A stretch of DNA of 43,350 nucleotides from assembly GCF_006345805.1 (NCBI RefSeq), contig NW_021834959.1, positions 1-43,350 on the forward strand, written 5' to 3'. The position numbers and the translations under genes are program-made. Of this stretch, positions 11,350 to 22,883 are shown one piece after another. This DNA comes from Octopus sinensis (lineage: Eukaryota). Position 1 is the stretch's first letter. Each line of letters starts with the position of its first letter. Below the pieces are notes generated by a model. The model had not been told where the DNA came from and searched no databases. It saw nothing but the letters and a program-made list of their open reading frames with translations.

Positions 11350-12017
11350 ACATCGCCGCCGCCGCCGCCGCCATTACAGCCGTCATCACCTCCAGGTCTT
11401 TGCAACCACCGCTATCTCAACCGCCATCACCACCCTCATCACCAACGCCACCAGCAACAACAACACTATCACCACAGCCACTACCACCACCACTCGCGCC
11501 AGCACCACCACCAGCACCACCACTACCACCACCATTACCACCACCACCAGCATTACCACCACCACCACCACCACCACCACCACCACCACCACCTCCATTA
11601 CCACCACAACCACCAACACTACTACCACCCTCACCACCACCACCTCAACCACCACCACCACCACCTCAACCACCGCCACCATCACCCCAACCACCACCAC
11701 CACATCAACCATCACCGCTACCACTGCTACTAGTACTACTACTACGACCATCACCACCAACAGTACTACTACTATAACTAGTAGTGGTAGTAATAGTAGT
11801 AGTAGTAGTAATAGTAGTAGTAGTAATAGTAGTAGTAGTACTATTTTCTGTACTATCAGCACCACTACCACCATCTCCAATACTATTACAATATCTACTG
11901 CTACTACTACCGCTACCGCTACTATTACCACTGATACTAACGACACCATCACCATTACAAGAATATCACCACAGCCCACGGCTGCTACTTTCATCATCAT
12001 CATCATCATCATCATCG

Positions 12018-12049
<32 letters not shown>

Positions 12050-12220
12050 GTCATCAACATCATCATCGTCGTCATCACCATCATCATCATCATCGTCATC
12101 ATCATTATCGTCATCATTATCATCATCGTCATCATCGTCATCATCCTCATCATCGTCATCGTCATCATCATTGTCATCGTCTTCATCGTTATCATCATCA
12201 TTCCCATCATCACCATTTTA
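11350..12220. repeat. Compound trinucleotide SSR: (CAC)/(CAT)/(TAC)/(TAG)
   Basis: Direct inspection. Confidence 0.9.
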
Positions 12221-12456
12221 AGATCGTTACCATCGTCACTGCTCGCCTCACCAAATCACACATCGCAAAAACAAAAACCTGATCTACGTTATTGTTTCTA
12301 ATTTAGTAATATTCCCAGTTTCTTCTTTTGATTGGTGAAATTGAAGGACACTTTCTTACACATATGCATAAAAATCTGTGTACCCATGTAGTATATATAT
12401 ATATAAGGGGCTGTATGTAATACGCACACACACACACATATATATACAATATATAC

Positions 12457-12491
<35 letters not shown>

Positions 12492-12520
12492 ATATATTAT
12501 ATATATAATAAACATTATAG

Positions 12521-12683
12521 ATGCAGGAGTGGCTATGTGGTAAGTAGCTTGCTTACCAATTACATGGTTCCGAGTTCAGTCCCACTGCATGGCATCTTGG
12601 GCAAGTGTCTTCTACTATAGCCTCGTGCCGACTGATGCCTTGTTAGTAGATTTAGTAGATGGAAACTGAAACAAGCCCGTCGT

Positions 12684-12727
<44 letters not shown>

Positions 12728-12828
12728 ATATACATGTATGTATGTATTTGTGTGTCTGTATTGTCCTCCTACCATCACTTGACAACAGATGTTGGTGTCT
12801 TTGCGTCACCGTAACTTAGCGGTTCGGC
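12521..12828 (+). mobile_element. Family C SINE, 3'-truncated
   Basis: Colinear with 23201-23490 including the internal microsatellite. Confidence 0.88.
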
Positions 12829-13125
12829 CTAAATATAAATTTAGATGTCTCTCATTCTGACTGTGTAAGAGAGAGAGGGAGAAAATTTGTTCCTTTGTCC
12901 AGCACATATATTGCTAGAAATAAGTATTAAATCTCCTTATAAGTGCGTAAAAGCACAATTAGTGACGTCTTAATTTCGCCTATACGGTTTATATTGCGCC
13001 AAGCGACATACATTCATTTACGTATGTGTGTGTGTGTGTATGTGTTTGTACATTTGTATGTATGTATACACATACAAATTTCTGAGTATGTGCATATGAC
13101 TCTGTGTGTGTGTGTGTGTTTGTTG

Positions 13126-13170
<45 letters not shown>

Positions 13171-13769
13171 TGTGTGTGTGTTCGTGCGTGCGTGCGTGTC
13201 TTTTCAATATCTGCTAAAGGAGGTAGCAATTGGTTGCAGAAACATCATGATGTCCCGGAAGATTTGCGCAACATAAATAATAGGTATGTATACTTGATAT
13301 GAGCGCATTCGAGATCCAATGTTTCGCTTTATATATTTCCCATGCAAAATAGTTTCAATTTCAACCGATTTCATTTTAGGTGTAGAACACAACGTGGCTA
13401 CATGTTTCACATCAATTAACAAGTGCTTTGTATGATTCATGTGTGTTTGGTTAACATGTGACACTACATATATATCTATATGTCATATGCAGGCATGTAC
13501 ATGCGTGTCTGTGTGTTTCTCCCAATATGCAGACATGATTGGATGTATGCGTCTGTTTTTATATTTTATGCTTTTAATAAGCCCAACGACACTGAGTGTA
13601 AATGAAAAGTATGTGACTAAATCATTGAAGCACTAAGTTTAGCTATTAATGAACAAATGTCATAATTAATCAAGTACTTAGTTAATTAATATATCTTCAC
13701 TTTCACTTTCGTTTACAATCTTGCAGTTGGCTTCTGTGTTAAATCTGGACAAATGAACAAATTCTCTCT

Positions 13770-14530
13770 CCCTCGCTTTCTCTCTTACTTTTTCCCTCTC
13801 TTTCTGTCTTTCTCTCTGACCCTCTTTCACCCTCTCTCTCTTTCTCTCTCTCACTCTTTCCCCCTCTCTTTCTCTTTCTCACCCACTCTTTTTTGTTTCT
13901 CTTTATTTCCCACCCTTCCTCTTCTCTTCTCTAGTTTCGACTCCCCCATTTTTTGTCTTCCCCTTGTAATTCTTGTCACCCATTCTACTTTCCGTTTCTT
14001 TCTTTCTTTATTCTTTATTTCTTTATTTCTTTCTTCCTTCTAACTTTTCTTTCTTTCTTTCTCTCTGTCGCAGTTTCTCTCTCACTCTTTCTCTCCCCCT
14101 CTCCCCCTCTTTCTATCTCTTTCGCACCTTCTCTATACTTATTTATCTGTCTCACTCTATTTTCATCCTTCTCTCTCTGATACACAAGTTCACTCTCTCA
14201 CTCTATCCTTCTCTCACTCTTTCGCTCTCTCTCTCTCTTTGTTTCTCTCTTTCCCACATCTTACTATATCATCCTAACCTTGTATTCCTCTCTCTTTCTC
14301 TTTAGATTTTCTGTTTCCCTATCTATAAATATCCTTGTTCCCCACCCCGTATATCTCTTTCTCTCGCTCTCTTCTCCGCCTCTCTTCCACTTTCTTTCTC
14401 TCTCTCCCTCTCTCCTTTTTTTCCCTCTCTCTTCCACTTTCTCTCTCTTTCGCTATTTCTCAGTCTTCCCCCATCCTCCCTCTTGTTTCTCTGCTCTTCT
14501 CTCTCTCCACCATACCCCCTTCTCTATATT
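13770..14530. repeat. CT-rich polypyrimidine low-complexity tract
   Basis: Direct inspection. Confidence 0.9.
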
Positions 14531-14934
14531 TCTCTGAATTTTGACCGCTTCTCTCCCGCTTCTTGTTTTCTCCCATTCTCTGTCTCACTGCAAACGTTGC
14601 AGAGAAATGAAACCTTCGTCTTGCTTACTTGACCATGTGAGCGGAGTGGACATCCTTGTAGAAGGCTGCGCAATAGCGGAAGGAGATTGCTTGAGAAATG
14701 TGCTGAAACAACGACACTGAATAGATGAATAACAGGCGAATGAAACAAGAGGAGAGGGGGCTGGAGGAAAAGCTGAAAAGAAGGAAAAGGAGAGATGACG
14801 AAGAAAGGTTAATTGATGCAGTGGCTAAAGTCCGGCCAGTCAGTAAGGTAGGATGATAATTATTAGAATGATCTAGATAGACGAGAAGGAAAATTGCACT
14901 ATGTGTAGGTATATATGTGATGGGGTAGGGTATG

Positions 14935-15062
14935 AGGGTGCATAGCCTAGTGGTTAGTGTGCTGCACTTACGATCGCGAGAATGTGATTTCAATATCTAG
15001 ATTGGTTCGTGAATTGTGTTCTTGATCAAAACACTTCATCTCATGCTATTCTGTGGTCACTT
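14935..15062 (+). mobile_element. Old family F-like SINE head and CORE-like region
   Basis: gagggtgcatagcctagtggttag...ttgtgttcttgatcaaaacacttcatctcatg parallels 21616-21720. Confidence 0.6.
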
Positions 15063-15076
15063 CGATACCTGAAATT

Positions 15077-15490
15077 GGGAAATTATCATGTAGCTGCTGC
15101 CCCAATATGAAAAGCTTCATTACATGGGAACAACACCAAGAGCCCATCCCCAATTGTAACTGTCGATACTCAGGAAACTGTCCATTCTACCGGGGATGTA
15201 TGATTTAATCCGTTATGTAAGACGTAGAATTTCCAACGTCGCTAGATAACACAATCCATAAGAAGAGCTATATTGGACAATGTGAAGGCAAATTCAAAAC
15301 TCGCTATGCTGATCACATATCTTCTTTACGACACAGGGACAAAAGTAAAGCTACTGAGGGAGCTAGCCACATAGGGGTTTTGAAGTCGAATGCCACACTA
15401 CATACGATAAAGTGGAAAATAGACAGCAAATCCACACCATTTGTTAACGGATCAAAAAATGTAAACTTTTTCAGATCAAAGAACACGAAC
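15077..15490 (+). pseudogene. Second Penelope-like linker plus GIY-YIG endonuclease relic (different lineage)
   Basis: KLSCSCCPNMKSFI...CNCRYSGNCPFYRGCMI*SVM*...KKSYIGQCEGKFKTRYADHISSLRH...IKWKI...NGSK/KCKLFQIKE contains the YSC.PNM, CNC..CP, YIG..E..FK.RY..H and W.I motifs. Confidence 0.85.
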
Positions 15491-15573
15491 ACACTGCTGA
15501 ATTCCAGTTAAATTAACTTGATGGGTTACTCTATACCTTTGTAGAGTACAGATTTGTAATTCTTAAAGAAGAT

Positions 15574-15663
15574 TGTTGCTGACAGTGACTTCGAACTTTC
15601 GCCCAGTTCAGCCATGTTTTAATGGCTTAATTGGCCGAAACTTCGAAGTTACTGTCTACAACA
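15574..15663. other. Gap-free 42-bp inverted repeat with 6-nt loop
   Basis: Arms 15574-15615 and 15622-15663 have 35/42 complementary positions and no indels. Confidence 0.9.
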
Positions 15664-16300
15664 TTTTTTTTAAGAATAATGCATTCATGTGTATAGATAG
15701 ATAGATAGACAGACAGATAGATAGATAGATAATTCAAATAATGTAAATTGCCTTAATATTGTTTAATGACTCACGTTTTCATATAACTTCAAAGATGGAG
15801 TTGCATTTGCGCTGTCCGTTTTGTCCAAATAATTCGATTACATCTGATTTAAGAGGGAGTTTTTATATACTCATTACTTGGTCATTCTTAGATTGATCGA
15901 ACGTTATCAAGTTAGTACATTATATATATTAACCTCTATGGTGCTGTACTTATAATTAGTTTTCCGAACGGTCCCTTGAGCTCTCATAATACAGAAATAT
16001 ATTCCTTGTATACACCGATCGGTTATACACATCAGAACGATTCCCGATTCGGCATTGTCTTTATTTTGCACAAATTTTAATTCGGTGATCTTCATGGAAG
16101 TTACATCTCTTCATTCTTCTTGTTTTTCGACTTCAAACTCCCCTAGAGGGACATTTTCTCTGCTAATAACATGATTAATCTCAGTTTAGCCAAGTTTTCA
16201 ACACCCTACGTTACATATGTGAGACCCTATTGTTTACATATATGTACATGAGTGAGTGTGTCTCTGTTTGTGTGTGTGTGTGTTTGTGTATGTGTATGTG

Positions 16301-16342
<42 letters not shown>

Positions 16343-16517
16343 TGTGTGTGTGTTGAGAAAGATTCTTTGGGGAGCAACTTCTTTCAAGAAAATTGCCTCA
16401 TGTTATTTATCAATAACTTTTGATCGCATATCACGTCCTCAGACAGGTTTTCATAGATGTATATATATATATACATATACATATACACACATACATACAT
16501 ACTAACATATACATATG

Positions 16518-16553
<36 letters not shown>

Positions 16554-16928
16554 CGTACTCGTGTGTGCATGTATATGTGCATTGTATTAAATGTGCATAT
16601 ATGTACGTAGGTATGTAAGGAGTTAACTATGTATATCGTTACATACACATACATACATACGTACATACATACGAACGTACAAGCTCATATATCACATATA
16701 CATATCTATATATCTGATATACATATAAATGAAATCCTTTGTGTTGGTACACCACAATCAGTTTAGTATCTTATTTTCATTAATTAGATCAGCACTGGCA
16801 TATATTGATATCCAATATCAATTTACTGTCTTATACGATATCCCATTTAGATACTTTCTCTTTGAAACCTTAAGCAAACTTTCCTCCAGACACCACCAGA
16901 AAATTATATAAATCTATATACATATATG

Positions 16929-16979
<51 letters not shown>

Positions 16980-17063
16980 GAATGTATGTACGTATGAATA
17001 TCTATGTACGTATGTGTATATACACCTATATATATATATATAAGTATATGTATATATGTATCC

Positions 17064-17095
<32 letters not shown>

Positions 17096-17318
17096 ACATG
17101 TATGTATGTATATCTTTATCTAGAGATACAGATAGATGCGCTCCCTCTCTGTCTTTCTCTCTCACACACACACACATACACACACAGAGTGTGGTATAGA
17201 TGCAAGGTTAAAAAGCTTGTTTTGCAAGCTCGTGTATAAAATATTCTCCTTTTATTCTTGTTTTATATTTTTCATATCCCTGAGGTTGTGGCCATGCTTG
17301 GGCACCGCCAGGTCATAC

Positions 17319-17392
<74 letters not shown>

Positions 17393-17685
17393 AAACCAAT
17401 ATCTAAGCATTATTTAAGCCTAATTAGATCACATATAAAGACAGCCAAAGGATACCCGCAAAATATGAATCCGCAGCCCTTTACGATTTAAAAAAATGAA
17501 GGACACTCAGAATAACGAGTTTAAGATGCAAGAAATTCACAATCATCAGCTGCCCGAACGGATATCACTGTGGTTTCAACACCTGCCCAGTATCACTCAA
17601 TATAAGTACGTGCCAGTGTCGATTTGCTCGGCTAAACACTTTAATTCGGTGCCACAGCATAGCCACAGTCCCATGTATATCTCAT

Positions 17686-17718
<33 letters not shown>

Positions 17719-17786
17719 TATATATATATATTATATATATATATATATATATAGATGTATATATATATATATAGATGTACATATAT

Positions 17787-17960
17787 AAAGTTGGAATTTA
17801 CAAAAAAAAATACAAATGACAAAGACAGGTGCCTAATCAATAAACAGGTGTATTAGTTTAACGCTCTGGGAGGCGAGGAAGTCTTTTACGTTTCGAGCCT
17901 ACGCTCTTCAACAGAAAGAACAGAAGAAAATAAACAGGGAGAAAATAGAAGAAAGTTTTA
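17787..17960 (-). mobile_element. Family D copy 2 (hammerhead-like motif 17881-17920)
   Basis: ttcttt CTGTTGA a gagc gtag gctc GAAA cGTA aaagac on the minus strand. Confidence 0.75.
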
Positions 17961-17989
17961 GCGTATAAATATGTGTGTATGTATGTATG

Positions 17990-18025
<36 letters not shown>

Positions 18026-18029
<4 letters not shown>

Positions 18030-18146
18030 CGTGATCACTGTGACCGACCAGGCTATCAGATGTTGCTACACATTGCTGGTCACAATGCGCTTCGCATTGT
18101 TTTAGCCTTCAAATGACGCCACCCCGCTGGCTAAGCGAGCAGGCCA
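18026..18146. other. Short GC-richer island in (TA)n, probably an unclassified repeat fragment
   Basis: Sharp TA flanks on both sides and an 8-bp hairpin acaatgcg-ctt-cgcattgt (18082-18100). Single copy in the window. Confidence 0.35.
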
Positions 18147-18177
<31 letters not shown>

Positions 18178-18292
18178 GTGTGTGTGTGTGGTGTGTGTGT
18201 GCGTGCGTGCGTGTGTGTGCATGTGTGTGTGTGTGCATGCGTGTGTGTGTGTGTGTGGTGTGTGTGTGTGTGTGGTGTGTGTGTGTGTGTGT

Positions 18293-18490
18293 ATAGTTAA
18301 TAGTTGAGAAAAATAACAAAGAACAGCTGCACGGGGTTGTGGTAGACGCAAAGTATTAATAAGACGTTCAGGGAATAAAGAAACGGTGTTTTACGTTTCG
18401 AGCAAAACCCTTCTTCAGGAACAGGAGACAGGAGAAAGTCCAAGAGGAAAAGGAAGACGGAGGAAAATAATCGCCAACAATCTACATGTA
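18293..18490 (-). mobile_element. Family D copy 3, divergent (canonical-core hammerhead motif 18387-18423)
   Basis: tgttc CTGAAGA a gggt ttt gctc GAAA cGTA aaaca on the minus strand. Confidence 0.65.
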
Positions 18491-18634
18491 GTTACAGCGG
18501 ATTGTTGGCAAAATGTTTTCCTCTATCCCCCTTTTCTTTTGGACGTTCCGTCCGTGAGCGTCTTTTTAATACTTTGCATGTATCACATACCTCGCGTTGT
18601 TGGTTTTTCTTGTTGTCCTTTTTTCTCATGTCTT

Positions 18635-19380
18635 TTTAAATTACCCAGTGAATATACTGTGCTGCTCTATCATGTCTGTTGAAATACTCTGTAGGCGCAA
18701 GAAGACAGTACATGGAGCCAACATGACCGACGGTTTCATTTTTTTATTTACACACACGACACGTTGGGCTACTGCCGTTCTTTAATGTGTAGGCCTGGAA
18801 ACTCCTTGTAGGTTAGGCATTGATCTCGGGATGCTCTGATAAACCCTTCTGTCTCTGATTTTTAAGCCAGAAGACCCTAACTAATGTTGAGTAAGCGCTT
18901 TGTCAACATCGGCATTATTGGCTCTCTCGCCCCTAGTGGGTAATAAAGAAATTGGCATTATTGGCTCTCTTTGAGTATTTGCCATGGAGAGGTTTTTCTA
19001 GCCGTTAAGAATATCTAAGGCAGCAGTTTGGGCACAGGTTTTCAAGCGCTTAGCTTTTTCTGGCTTGTTCCCAATACGTCTAATTCTGGAATTTGTCGTA
19101 TTCGGAATTCATTTAGATATTTCTTTGCCTGCTTTGTTACTGAGTATGATACTTCATTGCTTTCATTCTTTTAAACAAGTTTTAACATCCAGTCATCAGA
19201 GTTTTCCAGGTAGGTGTTTAGGCCAACTGTGGCAATCTTCATTGTTAATTCAAGTTGTAAAAGTCGACGACCACCCTCTTTTTTTGGCTGGTAAAGTCGT
19301 TCTATATTTGCCTTAGGGTGGTGCATTCTATGTATTGTCAGCAATTTTCATATTTTTCTGACAAGATGTCATATTTCAGT
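18635..19380 (-). pseudogene. R4/Dong-clade non-LTR retrotransposon, post-RT region and CCHC knuckle
   Basis: RKI*KLLTIHRMHHPKANIERLYQPKKEGGRRL...(KPLHGKY in a shifted frame)...TEGFI...CRVCK*KNETVGHV...CLLAPTEYFNRHDRAAQYIHW; several stops and frameshifts. Confidence 0.85.
18928..18953 (+). mobile_element. 26-nt 5'-truncated family A1 SINE tail with 17-bp TSD
   Basis: cgcccctagtgggtaataaagaaatt flanked by ggcattattggctctct at 18911-18927 and 18954-18970. Confidence 0.85.
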
Positions 19381-19384
19381 AATT

Positions 19385-19391
19385 ATTATCC

Positions 19392-19426
<35 letters not shown>

Positions 19427-19679
19427 ATTATATGTTTGACTTTTGCTTTATATTTGTACAAGTTGGCTCCAAGTCTCACCCAGAGACCTCAAGAGACAAC
19501 AGGTTGGAAATTCGTGATGTTGTTATGCCTAGTGTGCCATATATTTGGTTTTATATTTAGTGTTGTACTAGTGAATGTCAAAAAAAAAAGAAAAAAACGA
19601 AAATTATGATTGTTTTAAAACTTGAGATTACATAGAAAGTATTTTGCGTAGGATATGAGCAGTTCCCATGAGCACTATC

Positions 19680-19681
<2 letters not shown>
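19385..19681 (-). mobile_element. R4/Dong 3' terminus: last codons, 3' UTR and (AAT)n tail
   Basis: 19681->19628 reads KIVLMGTAHILRKILSM*, followed by about 200 nt UTR and (AAT)n. Confidence 0.8.
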
Positions 19682-19682
<1 letters not shown>

Positions 19683-19722
<40 letters not shown>

Positions 19723-20275
19723 GAGTGAGAGAGCAGTGCATGCCATCAAAGTGACACTGGGGTAAAATATACGAAGCCCAATACACCCATCATGACTACC
19801 CGTCTGATAAGGGTACACCAGGCACATGCATCACAACCATATGTGCGCGACATGGTGATCTCATATCAAGATAAACAGCACATGACCTTGCAGGTGGGGC
19901 CCAGTTATAATTTTCTTCAGGTTGAGTAGCCCATCCCGCTCAAAAGATCCCTGAATAAGGGTTGTTTAAGGATGTTGAAAGAACCACCCATGTTTCCAGA
20001 GGTGAATTATTCAAACCCCAAAGAATCCCTCTTAACACATGGCTATGATGCTCCCCCACTACTTCTGCTCGTGATCAGAGATGCACATATCGTCAGCCAC
20101 TAAGGGACATGCTCAACTGGTTAAGGTCAAAACACTGACAAGCAAATCTGTGGTATTGAGCAGAATATTGCTGTAGCCCATCTTTTATACCAAGACAAAA
20201 CAATGTACATGATAACACTTCCAATCAGTTAAGATCAGAAGCCATGAGAGCCACTGCCTGGTACTGCATCAGGGC

Positions 20276-20279
<4 letters not shown>
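19683..20279 (-). mobile_element. Family E copy 2 with (AAT)n tail
   Basis: Reverse complement of 3583-4161 with the same termini. Confidence 0.85.
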
Positions 20280-20321
<42 letters not shown>

Positions 20322-20394
20322 ACTATTATTATCATTATTATTATTATTATTATTACTATTATTATAATTATTATTATTATTACTATTATTATTG

Positions 20395-20431
<37 letters not shown>

Positions 20432-20448
20432 GGCAGAGCGCTGGGAGA

Positions 20449-20498
<50 letters not shown>

Positions 20499-20548
20499 GA
20501 CAGAGCGCTGGACGAAATACTTAGCGGTATTTCGCCCGTCACTACGTT
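20280..20548. repeat. (ATT)n tract interleaved with a broken family A head
   Basis: aaggcagagcgctgggagaat-(ATT)n-...gctggacgaaatacttagcggtatttcgccc. Confidence 0.7.
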
Positions 20549-20579
20549 CGTTCATTCATTTATTCACTCGTTCGGTTCT

Positions 20580-22045
20580 CAATGTGTGCTTTGTGACACT
20601 TGAGGCGACAGCAAGATCATTCCACCTTCCAGCACTGACAGCGTCCTTGACAGCTTCTTCCATTTCTAACCCTCTGCTTTTAAGATCTTCTGCGCCGCGT
20701 TACCTTCGGTTGGCCATAACTTCTTTCACCTTGCGGAACACATTGCAAAGCGATCCTGACAATTGAGTTCGGTTTATAGCGACAAAACTCGACCCAGCCA
20801 TTTCCATCTCCTTGCTTAAATAGTTCCTTTTATTGGTTTCTCATTAGCCTTACTGTGTAGATGGCTATTCGATATCATATTCGGCCAGTAGACCTCCAAA
20901 ATGTTCCGTAAACATTTATTTTGAAATACCTCCAATTTCTTTTCGATACGTTTGGTTGTTTTCCAACATTTGGATTCATAGAGGTGGATAATAAGTATGT
21001 TGCTTTTGTAAAATCGTATTTTGGTGCTCTTGTTGAGTATTGATTATTTCCATATTGAGTTTAACATACCGAAAGATTTGGTTGGCTTTGTTGATTCTTG
21101 TATTTATTTCATGAATGCAGTCTCCATCCGTTGTTATTTTGGTGCCTAGATAGTTAAATTCATCAACATTTGCGATTGGTTCGTCTTTCAAAGTCACATG
21201 GTCAGTGTCTGTTATATTTTTACAAAGAGCGTACGTTTTCTTCTTGATGATTTTGAAACCTACGGTGTTGGCTAAGTCTTTCAGGTTTGTCATGTAACTC
21301 TTGCAGCGTGTACGCGAACAAACAAATGTAGCCGGCATAATCTAAATTTTCGAGCTGAGTTGTGTTTCATTCTATACCTCGTTTATATTCTTCTGTCGTT
21401 CATTGCATCAACCAATTCACTGCGAATGAAAATAAGATTGGTGATAACACGAATCTTTGATTGATTCCACTTTTGATTTCGAACGGATCTGTCAGTTTGT
21501 TGTTGCGTATAACTTGACATTCGAAGTGTTTTCATACAATAAACGAATGATCTTGACTAATTTGTGTATAAAAACAATAGTGCCTGAGAATCTTCCAAAG
21601 TGTATCTCGGTGAGTGAGGGCGCGTGGCTTAGTGGTTAGGGCATTCGGCTCATGATCGTAAGGTTGTGAGTTCGATTCCCGGCGACGCGTTGTGTCCTTG
21701 AGCAAGACACTTTATTTCACGTTGCTCCAGTCCACTCAGCTGGCAAAAATGAGTTGTACTTGTATTTCAAAGGGTCAGCCTTGTCACTCTCTGTGTCACG
21801 CTGATTATCCCCGAGAACTACGTTAAGGGTACACGTGTCTGTGGAATGCTCAGCCATTTGCACGTTAATTTCACGAGCAAGCTGTTCCGTTGATCGTATC
21901 AGCTGGGACCCTCGTCGTCGTAACCGGCGGAGTCTTTAAGAAGAAGAAGAATCTCGGTGAAGAATATCGAAAGCTTTTCAAAGTCAACAAACAGCATGCA
22001 CAAATATGAGTTTGAATATTTGACAATTACAAAAATTTTGTCGAT
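20580..22045 (-). pseudogene. RTE-clade LINE reverse transcriptase relic, interrupted by a family F SINE
   Basis: FVDFEK/AFD..HRDTLWKILRHY...SGINQRFVLSPILF...LDYAGYICL (decayed YADD)...FNYLGT...EINTRINKA...KCLRNILEVYWPN...RRWKWLGRV. Confidence 0.9.
21614..21950 (+). mobile_element. Family F CORE-like tRNA SINE, full length, (AAG)n tail, 10-bp TSD
   Basis: A box tggcttagtgg, B box agttcgattcc, core gtgtccttgagcaagacactt; TSD atctcggtga at 21604-21613 and 21951-21960. Confidence 0.92.
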
Positions 22046-22060
22046 ACGTAATTTTCCTTT

Positions 22061-22449
22061 CCGTTACGTTCTGAGTTCAAATTCCGCTGAGGTCAACTTT
22101 GCCTTTCATCCTTTTCGGAGTCGATAAATTAAATACCAGTTGCGTACTGGGGTCGATCTAATGAACTGGCTCCCTCCCCCAAAATTTCGGGCCTTGTACC
22201 TAGAGTAGAAAACAATATAGTTGTTCTCTTAAGGCGGTGACCTGGCAGAAACGTTAGCACGCCGGGCGAAATGCTTTGCGGTATTTCGTCTGCCGTTACG
22301 TTCTGAGTTCAAATTCCGCCGAGGTCAACTTTACCTTTCATCCTTTTCGGAGTCGATAAATTAAATACCAGTTGCATACTGGGGTTGATCTAATGGACTG
22401 GCTCCCTCCCCAAAAATTTCGGGTCTTGTGCCTAGAGTAGAAAAGAATA
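22061..22449 (+). mobile_element. Two tandem family A2 SINE units (first 5'-truncated; period 232 bp)
   Basis: Both units share the variants cttttcggagtcg and aaatacc, and both are followed by tagtt.tt. Confidence 0.88.
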
Positions 22450-22585
22450 TAGTTCTTCCCTCTCTCTTGCACTCTCTCTCTCCCTCTCTCACTCACTCCC
22501 TCCCCCTCGCTCACTCACACTCTTTGTCTTCTTTTCTTTCCTGTCTAGCTCTCTCTTTCTCATTATCTTCGTATTTTATAACCGA

Positions 22586-22883
22586 CTAGCAGTATCGCCC
22601 GGCGTTGCTCGGGTTTGTAAGGGAAATAACTATATAAGCATTTTTAGAGAGTTACTATCCTTATATAATAGCAAAAAATGCATTGAAAATGGGAAAAAAT
22701 GATGGTAATTTTTTTTTTTAATCGTAGACTCATCGTAGACGCACGCTAATACCCAGAAGGGCTCGATATGAATCACGACTATAAGATACCCGCTTTTGGT
22801 TAAACTGCACCGCAAAATGTGGGAGTAGTTAGGAATCTAAATCGTAGGAGACAGACACACAACTTCACTTTTATATATAAAGA
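22586..22883 (-). mobile_element. Non-autonomous Helitron (298 bp)
   Basis: Minus strand reads A|TC...cccgagcaacgccggg hairpin, 8 nt, CTAG|T, with no TSD. Confidence 0.8.

Noticed and set aside
11206-11777. His- and Pro-rich ORFs resembling transcription-factor low-complexity regions
   Set aside because: All frames are explained by (CAC/CCA)n; no DNA-binding domain.
13219-13430. Possible small exons around AG|GTATGT (13283) and ttttag| (13379)
   Set aside because: The spliced frame stops within 13 codons; no homology evidence.
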